Source: Lysobacterales bacterium (GTDB lineage: Bacteria > Pseudomonadota > Gammaproteobacteria > Xanthomonadales > SZUA-5). Taken from it: DNA of 56,791 nt. Position 1 is the stretch's first letter. Every line of letters begins with the position of its first letter. A program made the position numbers and the translations under genes. The notes under the pieces were generated by a model, which saw nothing but the letters and a program-made list of their open reading frames with translations, ran no database searches and was not told where the DNA came from. The stretch is from assembly GCA_036722245.1 (NCBI GenBank), contig DAIMJK010000001.1:1-56791 (forward strand). Direction: 5' to 3'. This document shows, in pieces, positions 50,707-56,791 of the stretch.

Positions 50707-52533
50707 TCAATCACTCTGGCGGTCCGTTCGCTGCGCCAGCGAGGTTCGAACTTGTTCAAGCAAACCCAGCGCATCCCTGATGAGAAAGGGCTTGCGCAGA
50801 AAACCATCGAACGCCGCTTCGTTGATCCTCATCGCGGTTGCTTCCAAGTTGCGCCCCGCGCTGACCGCCACGACCGAGGTTCGTTGCAGCCCTTGCGGCG
50901 ACTCACGAGCACGGATTCTACGCAACAACTCATGACCGTCCATCTGCGGCATTTCCAGATCCGTCAGTACCACATCGTAACGTGCCTGTTGCCAGAGCGA
51001 CCAACCCTGCAAACCATCCTCGGCCACAGTGACCTGATGGCCTGCCGCCGCCAAACCATCTCCAAGTATGATCCGGCAGACTGCATCGTCATCGCATACG
51101 AGTATGCGGATCGGGGTTGGCCGCTTTGCCGCCGTCGTCATGCGGGATCGTGCTTGCTCGAGCGCAGTATCAGGACACTCTGGAACGACCATGCGGGCGA
51201 GGAAGCAGCTTCCGAATCCCAGTCGGCTCTCGACCGTGATGCACCCTTGCATGAGATGCGCGAGGCGTTGCGCGATCGCCAGGCCAAGACCGAGGCCACC
51301 GGGCTCACCAGCCTTGCCGGCTTGAGTCCGATGAAAGGCAGTGAAGATCAATTCCTGCGCATCTTCGGCGATTCCGATTCCGGTATCGCGAACACAAAGC
51401 TGCACACCGCCGGGCTGCTGCGACCAGACCGACAGCTCCACTTCGACCTGCCCCTCGCGAGTGAAGCGCACCGCATTGGAAACGAGCTTTAGCGCCAGTT
51501 GTGCAAGCCGAACGGCGTCACCCAAGCGATGATCGACGACATCCTGATCCACTCGCAGACACAGCCGCAATCCCTTGCGTGCCGCCTCCTTGTCAACCAC
51601 ATCGAGCACACTCCTCAGCGTGCTCCTTATCGACAGCGGCGCAGGGTTCAGAATGGCGATGTGAGCGGTCGGTTCGGCAGCGTACTCGAACAGGTCTTCG
51701 AGATGGCGCAAGAGGACCTCGGAAGCCCTGTGGGCACCCAGCAACTGGCGTCTGTGGTCGGCAAACCGGGACTGGGCCAGAACCTGATCGGTCAGTGCCA
51801 GGATGCCGTGCAAAGGGGTACGCAGTTCATGACTGATGTGGCGCAGGAAGCGATCCTTGGCCTGGTTCGAGGCGGTCAACTCGATACCCTGCCGACGCAG
51901 CAGCTGTGCCTGGCGAAGCACGACCAGACGAAAGCTCAAGGCCAGGCAGCTGGAGATCAACGCAAAGCCCAGTGCGGATGCCATCGTCTCGGGCATCGGC
52001 TCAGACGGCAAACGCGAAACCCCGCCATAAAGGTGCAGCCAGACGGTCAGGGCACCAACCAGGAGCATGATCAAGCAACACCAGAAGACCGCCGCACTCC
52101 GCCGCGCAGCCATCAGCATGGCAACTGCAATCAGGCTGAGCCACCAGACCGACGAAACATAGCCATAGGCCAACGGGATGAGCAGCCCGACCACCGCCAC
52201 TGACGCAGCCACGTGAATTGCGACGGACGCTCGCTGATATGGGCGACGCTGATACCACAAGTACAGACTCGCCAGGGCCAGGGCAGCAATCGCGTTGACC
52301 CACCAGGGCGTGGCGAGACCCGACCACTGCTGATGCAGCCAGCGCATCAATGCAAACACGAGATTGGCACTGGCAACCAGCAACAAGCCAACGGCCACGA
52401 CGCGCTTGCGATAGAGTTGCCCCAGATGGGGGCGGCCCCCAAGCTCGTTGGACACGGTGGGCTCCGAGAGTCGTATGGGCCTGCGAAACCACCCCAAGCC
52501 GACCGCGATGTTATCCAACAACTGGTGCGCCAA
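50707..52533 (-). CDS. Membrane-bound hybrid sensor histidine kinase (5-6 TM, HisKA, HATPase, receiver)
   Basis: FLRHISHELRTPLHGI; VRDTGIGIA; GLGLGLAIAQRL; receiver IRILVCDDDAVCR...VVLTDLEMPQMDG. Confidence 0.9.
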   Translation of the reverse strand: MAHQLLDNIAVGLGWFRRPIRLSEPTVSNELGGRPHLGQLYRKRVVAVGLLLVASANLVFALMRWLHQQWSGLATPWWVNAIAALALASLYLWYQRRPYQRASVAIHVAASVAVVGLLIPLAYGYVSSVWWLSLIAVAMLMAARRSAAVFWCCLIMLLVGALTVWLHLYGGVSRLPSEPMPETMASALGFALISSCLALSFRLVVLRQAQLLRRQGIELTASNQAKDRFLRHISHELRTPLHGILALTDQVLAQSRFADHRRQLLGAHRASEVLLRHLEDLFEYAAEPTAHIAILNPAPLSIRSTLRSVLDVVDKEAARKGLRLCLRVDQDVVDHRLGDAVRLAQLALKLVSNAVRFTREGQVEVELSVWSQQPGGVQLCVRDTGIGIAEDAQELIFTAFHRTQAGKAGEPGGLGLGLAIAQRLAHLMQGCITVESRLGFGSCFLARMVVPECPDTALEQARSRMTTAAKRPTPIRILVCDDDAVCRIILGDGLAAAGHQVTVAEDGLQGWSLWQQARYDVVLTDLEMPQMDGHELLRRIRARESPQGLQRTSVVAVSAGRNLEATAMRINEAAFDGFLRKPFLIRDALGLLEQVRTSLAQRTDRQSD

Positions 52534-52688
52534 AGGTCAAGCGCCACTGCGGAAAATGTGAACTTCCCTAAACCGACGATAGAGATTTTACAATCCTTGG
52601 GCATCCGTCAGCGCAAATGAATGCGATCCTCGTCTGGATTCCAAGCTCCCGTTGCGCTGGCGGCCCGGATGGAGCAAACCAGGCGAAA

Positions 52689-55244
52689 ATGAAAAACACT
52701 CCTCCGGTTGATGCACCCACTTGCTCGTCGACCCCTGCCGCCGCTCGGTTCAGCAGCCTGGTCGCTCTCGTGTGCATTCCGGTCCTCCTGATCCTCTTGC
52801 TGTTCGCTTGCCTGGAGATCGCGGCAGCAGAAGCCGCGTTCGCGCAGGGAAACCCGGCCGATGTGGAATCTTCCGTCCTGCCGCGACATCCCCTGGAACG
52901 CGCCGCACTAGCCGAACCGGATACCGTCCTGAAGCAATTGCCTGAACTGCAGCAGGCTGCGCGCATGAGAAGCGATCCGGAACAGCTGGCCTTGCTGTAT
53001 CTGGTCGAGGCCAACGCTTGCCGAGTCATGGCGAATTGGGTTTGCCAGAAGCAAGCCGGGGAGGAGGCCACGAAGTACGCGCTGCAGGCGGCCAAGCCGC
53101 TGCTCCAGGCTCGCGGGCTGATCGCCCAGGCGCGTGGACAGATCGCCCTGGGTGATTTCTCTCGTGGCGAACGGACATTGGGCCGGGCCGAGCTCGCCCT
53201 GAAGGCATCCCCCGCTTCGGAGCTTAGTGCAGACATCGATCTGGCCTACTCGTCTCTGAGCTATCGATTGGGCAAACATATCAGTTCCGCAGACTACGCC
53301 CGGCGCGGACTGGCAAATCTTGGACCAACCGAAGCGCTGCCTATGCAAGTTCGTCTATTGCGGAATCATGCCAAGGCGATGATCGTGATCGGTCAGTTGC
53401 CCGAAGCGCGCGAGTCCTTGCGCCGAGCTGGAGACCTGTTGCTGCAGGTCGATGACCCCAAACTGCGCGCCGAGATTGAACTGGAAGTGGCCCGACTGGC
53501 ACACGTACAGAAGGACACGACAACACAGTTGCGCGCGGCGGACATCATCGAGACCGAGTCGGCACTGCTGCACAACAGCCAGCTGGCTGGACTGGCGTTT
53601 GAGGTTCGCGGCATGGCCTTAATGCAATTGAACGAACCCTTGGCCGCACATGAAAGCCTGTCGCGCGCCATTGATGCCTTCAGTTCCCTCGGCCTGATTC
53701 GCGACGAACAGCGGGCGCTGGGGACCTTGCTCCGAATTCGGCAGGATCGAGGGGAATTCGGCGAGCGGTTGCGAAGGTACCTGGACCTGAATGATCAGAT
53801 CAGTCTGCGTGATCGTGCATCGGCCGGTGACAGTTTCGAGGACCGACTTCGGTATGCGGAGCAGGAACTGGAGATCCTGAGGCTGGAATCAAGTGCTGCA
53901 CTCGCCGAGCAGCAGCATCTCAGCGCCATGCAGCGGCTGCGCTTCAGTTTCGCGCTGAGTATGGTGGCATTTCTGCTGCTACTGGCGCTGATCACGCTCT
54001 ATCTCGCCCAGCGTCGCTGGAATGTGCGCCTGCGGACGGCGCTGGGCATTCGTCAACGTGCACTACTGCAAACCAGCCACGAGCTGCGCAATCCACTCAG
54101 TGGCGTGCTGAGCCTGACCGAACTGCTGGGCAAGTCAGCTCTACCAGCGCGCGAGGCGCGCATGATCAAGGTGATCGAGGGCAGCGCCCGGCACATGGAA
54201 AAGCTGGCACAGGACCTGCTCGACCGGGGTCGGCTTGAGGCCGGCGAGCTGAGACTGGAGCCGCGCCCCACGAACGTATCGGCCGTACTGCGTGACCTGG
54301 TCTCACTATACGAACCGCTGGCGCGCGAAAAAGGCTTGCGGCTGAACCTGACACAGTCTCGGCAGATGCCAACGGACCTGATACTTGATTCAACCCGTCT
54401 GATGCAAGTACTGGTCAATCTGGTGAGCAACAGTCTCAAGTTCACAGAGTCCGGTGGAGTACGAGTGAGCGCAGACTGTGTGCCGGATCGAAAATCCACA
54501 GAACGGCACCAGATCAGTTTCAGGGTAGACGATTCCGGTCCCGGCATGACTGAAGCTGAGTCACGTCACCTGTTCGAGCCTTTCCGCAAGGGTGCCGCCG
54601 GGCATCGGCATCAGGCCGGCGCTGGTCTGGGATTGGCGATATCGCACGAACTGATCAGCCTGATGGGTGGGAAGCTTTGGGTACAGTCCGTCCTTGGTCA
54701 GGGCGCGAGTTTTGGATTCGAGCTGAGCGTGCAACGCGCGCCGAAGGCCGCGACCGCAGACGAGGCAACAGCACCCGGAATGGATCCGAACAGCAGCACC
54801 CATGCGCCCGCTGCGGATTCAACGGGCGAACCGGATCTGGTGGGCACTCCACTGCGCGTGGCATCGGTCGACGACGATCCGGACATGCTGCAGATGTATC
54901 AAGAAGTCCTGAGTCACCTGGGGGCCAGTGTCGCGATCTTTGCCGGGCCCGACACGCTCATGGCCGACCCAGACCCCGCCGCGTGGGATCTGCTGATTAT
55001 CGACTATGAGTTGACGCAAACCAACGGTGCAGCTGTTGCTTGGGAATACCGGCAACAATGCTCCGATGCCGCGGTACCCAGGATTGCCGTCGTTTCGGGG
55101 CACGCTGCGCCCGAGTTGCTGCCGCCTGGCGTTGACGAGTGGCTGCAAAAGCCGGTCGAGCTTAGCCGCTGGATCATGTTGCTTGCATCGGCGCGTCATC
55201 ATCGTCAGATCCAGCGTGCCGCTATGAGTTCGGAACAGGCTTGA
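52689..55244 (+). CDS. Hybrid sensor histidine kinase with a periplasmic TPR-like domain (paralogous in layout to 1295-3691)
   Basis: Signal/TM FSSLVALVCIPVLLILLLFA, TPR-like repeats, TM FALSMVAFLLLLALITLYLA, H-box LLQTSHELRNPLSGV, GAGLGLAISHEL and receiver LRVASVDDDPDML...LLIIDYELTQ. Start at ATG 52689, or the track start 52617. Confidence 0.88.
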   Translation: MKNTPPVDAPTCSSTPAAARFSSLVALVCIPVLLILLLFACLEIAAAEAAFAQGNPADVESSVLPRHPLERAALAEPDTVLKQLPELQQAARMRSDPEQLALLYLVEANACRVMANWVCQKQAGEEATKYALQAAKPLLQARGLIAQARGQIALGDFSRGERTLGRAELALKASPASELSADIDLAYSSLSYRLGKHISSADYARRGLANLGPTEALPMQVRLLRNHAKAMIVIGQLPEARESLRRAGDLLLQVDDPKLRAEIELEVARLAHVQKDTTTQLRAADIIETESALLHNSQLAGLAFEVRGMALMQLNEPLAAHESLSRAIDAFSSLGLIRDEQRALGTLLRIRQDRGEFGERLRRYLDLNDQISLRDRASAGDSFEDRLRYAEQELEILRLESSAALAEQQHLSAMQRLRFSFALSMVAFLLLLALITLYLAQRRWNVRLRTALGIRQRALLQTSHELRNPLSGVLSLTELLGKSALPAREARMIKVIEGSARHMEKLAQDLLDRGRLEAGELRLEPRPTNVSAVLRDLVSLYEPLAREKGLRLNLTQSRQMPTDLILDSTRLMQVLVNLVSNSLKFTESGGVRVSADCVPDRKSTERHQISFRVDDSGPGMTEAESRHLFEPFRKGAAGHRHQAGAGLGLAISHELISLMGGKLWVQSVLGQGASFGFELSVQRAPKAATADEATAPGMDPNSSTHAPAADSTGEPDLVGTPLRVASVDDDPDMLQMYQEVLSHLGASVAIFAGPDTLMADPDPAAWDLLIIDYELTQTNGAAVAWEYRQQCSDAAVPRIAVVSGHAAPELLPPGVDEWLQKPVELSRWIMLLASARHHRQIQRAAMSSEQA

Positions 55245-55605
55245 ACCGAACCGCCGGGCTAGGGGCAAGATAGTCGTCGACGGCACGCATACTCTCGAGC
55301 GTGGTCGCTTCCACATCTGCCAGGGCTTCCGAGATCCCCGATCCTTGACGAGCGGCATCTTCGAGACGTTGTAGGGCACTCGCCAGCCGACCAAGACCGC
55401 AAGTCGCACTGACACCCTTGAAGGCATGCGCCAGTATGAACATGCGATCCGGATCGCTCAGCGCAGCCTTCATCGCAGACAGCCGCATGCGCGCGGACGA
55501 CACCACCAGTCCAAGCGCAAAGGCATCGAGTGTGGTCGCGCCAACTTGCATCGCGCGCATCGGCACGAGCAGGTCCAAGTCCAGCAAGGCCACCTGAGCG
55601 TTCAC
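55222..55605 (-). CDS. Hpt domain protein
   Basis: MFILAHAFKGVSATCGLGRLASALQRLE (HxxKG). The N-terminal 78 codons of the track ORF look non-coding (P/R/S-rich). Start is either GTG 55605 or ATG 55560. Confidence 0.65.
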   Translation of the reverse strand: MNAQVALLDLDLLVPMRAMQVGATTLDAFALGLVVSSARMRLSAMKAALSDPDRMFILAHAFKGVSATCGLGRLASALQRLEDAARQGSGISEALADVEATTLESMRAVDDYLAPSPAVRFKPVPNS

Positions 55606-55989
55606 GACCGGCTTTGGCCGCCGGAGGGATGGAAAAATGCGTTCCCGTGCATGTTGCCGGCATCCGGATGGGCGTGGGAGAAGTACTTCACGAAACCAAT
55701 CATGAGGCAAAGGCCAGCACTTCTTGGGAGAGCGCGGGCGCGGATTGACAGAAATTTGCGGATAAGGGCTGTGAGCTGAGGTTGCGGGAAGCGTCCTGAT
55801 CCAACCCACAAGCTGAAAACTCAGAATCGAGTACCGCAACGCTGAGTACGAGTACGACCCTACTCCTCCAATTGCTCCGCTGGGCGCGGAAACATCAGTT
55901 TGAATCGCCCCGCTCAGCCCCGCCCTTCATCCATACTCACGCGTATCGTGGCAAGCTAGCGCCCTGTCCCGACCACTGCAGGAATCGTC

Positions 55990-56791
55990 ATGCACTACAC
56001 CGCCCCGCGCGAAGACATGCGTTTCGTGTTGCACCGAATCCTCAAGGTCAGCGAGACCTACGCGAGTTTCTCCGACGACCCGCCAACCGAGGATCTGATC
56101 GATGCGGTGATCGAGGAAGGGGCGAAGTTCTGCGAGCAGGTCCTGCTGCCGATCAACGGCAGTGGCGATGCCGAGGGCTGCCACTTCGACAACGGTGTGG
56201 TGCGCACCCCTGCCGGCTTCAAGGCGGCCTACGACCAGTTTGTCGAGAACGGTTGGAGCGGGCTGACCGCGCCGGCGCAGTACGGCGGTCAGGGCCTGCC
56301 CGAGTCAGTCGGTGTGGCGGTGAAGGAGATGATCGATTCCTGCAACCTGTCCTGGGGCTGCTATCCATTGCTGTCCCACGGATCCACCGAGGCGCTCAAG
56401 CATCACGGCGAGGAATGGCAGCGCGTAGCCTTCCTGCGGCCGATCATCGACGGTCGCTGGACCGGCACGATGTGCCTGACCGAACCGCATTGCGGTTCCG
56501 ATCTGGGCCTTCTGCGGACCAAAGCCGAGCCACAGGCCGACGGCAGCTACGCGATCTCCGGCACCAAGATCTTCATCACCGGCGGCGAGCACGACCTGTC
56601 AGAGAACATCGTCCATCTGGTGCTTGCCCGGCTGCCCGACGCACCCAGCGGCACCAAGGGCATCAGCATGTTCGTGGTGCCGAAGTTCCAGGTCGGCAAG
56701 GATGGCCAGATGGGTGGGCCGAATGCCGTGAGTTGCGGCTCGATCGAGCACAAGATGGGCATCAAGGCCTCGAGCACCTGCGTGATGAACT
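55990..56791 (+). CDS. Acyl-CoA dehydrogenase (large FadE/AidB-like type), 3'-truncated by the window edge
   Basis: Not in the ORF track because no stop occurs before the window end. My translation from ATG 55990: MHYTAPREDMRFVLHRIL...GWSGLTAPAQYGGQGLPE...GTMCLTEPHCGSDLGLLRTKAE...ISGTKIFITGGEHDL...GTKGISMFVVPKF...IEHKMGIKASSTC. Confidence 0.88.
   Translation, partial: MHYTAPREDMRFVLHRILKVSETYASFSDDPPTEDLIDAVIEEGAKFCEQVLLPINGSGDAEGCHFDNGVVRTPAGFKAAYDQFVENGWSGLTAPAQYGGQGLPESVGVAVKEMIDSCNLSWGCYPLLSHGSTEALKHHGEEWQRVAFLRPIIDGRWTGTMCLTEPHCGSDLGLLRTKAEPQADGSYAISGTKIFITGGEHDLSENIVHLVLARLPDAPSGTKGISMFVVPKFQVGKDGQMGGPNAVSCGSIEHKMGIKASSTCVMN

Noticed and set aside
55745-55750. Perfect TTGACA -35 hexamer upstream of the acyl-CoA dehydrogenase gene.
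   Set aside because: No acceptable -10 hexamer lies 16-18 nt downstream (GCTGTG or GGCTGT). It cannot be supported as a promoter by sequence alone.
1-56791. A bacteriophytochrome or cyanobacteriochrome (PAS-GAF-PHY or bilin-GAF) as the acceptor for the heme oxygenase and FDBR products.
   Set aside because: None of the kinases or GGDEF/EAL proteins shows a GAF/PHY-length sensory region or the phytochrome-type motifs I know. The sensory parts are TPR, short PAS, TM or unknown. The globin-like proteins are therefore the better acceptor candidates. A profile search should still confirm the absence.
1-56791. A scan for CRISPR arrays, tRNA/rRNA genes, transposases, integrases or phage genes that might mark the region as a mobile island.
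   Set aside because: I saw no direct-repeat/spacer arrays, tRNA-like cloverleaf regions, DDE/tyrosine-recombinase ORFs or terminal inverted repeats. The only hint of foreign origin is the compositional patchiness reported as a finding.

Overview
This is a high-GC, proteobacterium-like chromosomal segment with about 52 protein-coding genes. I recognised no rRNA, tRNA, CRISPR array or IS element. All calls come from reading the ORF translations and DNA by eye; no database search was run.

Layout:
- (1) nt 3-1098: a 5'-truncated TetR regulator and a small hypothetical gene.
- (2) nt 1295-22347: one long minus-strand gene train. It begins with a PAS-GGDEF-EAL protein, followed by a 767-aa protein built from six ~120-aa modules that look like phycobiliprotein-type globins. 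Next come a related 1320-aa helical giant, a 2Fe-2S ferredoxin, two V4R-domain proteins, a 748-aa coiled-coil protein and a single-domain phycobiliprotein-like globin. The train continues with a Hanks Ser/Thr kinase, a CX5R phosphatase, a divergent ferredoxin-dependent bilin reductase (FDBR), an FAD ferredoxin-reductase-like flavoprotein, an Hpt protein and a TPR hybrid histidine kinase.
- (3) nt 22551-30550: a complete gas-vesicle cluster. gvpL lies on the plus strand; the minus-strand order is gvpA, C-like, N, small ORF, O, F, G, A/J-like, K, J, H, then a CDC48-type double AAA+ ATPase.
- (4) nt 30679-36683: a PAS hybrid kinase, a LuxR-type response regulator, a heme oxygenase, a 7-TM protein, a hypothetical protein and two further response regulators.
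- (5) nt 37159-48426: c-di-GMP enzymes and a Hpt protein, plus a CheY, SBP, CheW, MCP, CheA-REC and GGDEF chemosensory-like cluster.
- (6) nt 48643-55605: an OmpR-type regulator, three more hybrid or atypical kinases and a third Hpt.
- (7) nt 55990-56791: a 3'-truncated acyl-CoA dehydrogenase, missing from the ORF track because it runs off the window.

Main hunt result: the gas-vesicle island sits between a heme oxygenase gene on one side and an FDBR, ferredoxin, reductase and poly-globin operon on the other, with no photosynthesis genes in view. I propose a self-contained bilin-making and bilin-binding assembly wired to kinase/phosphatase, phosphorelay and c-di-GMP signalling. It may control buoyancy. 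Fold assignments for the globin-like and V4R proteins are pattern recognition only and need HHpred or structure prediction.
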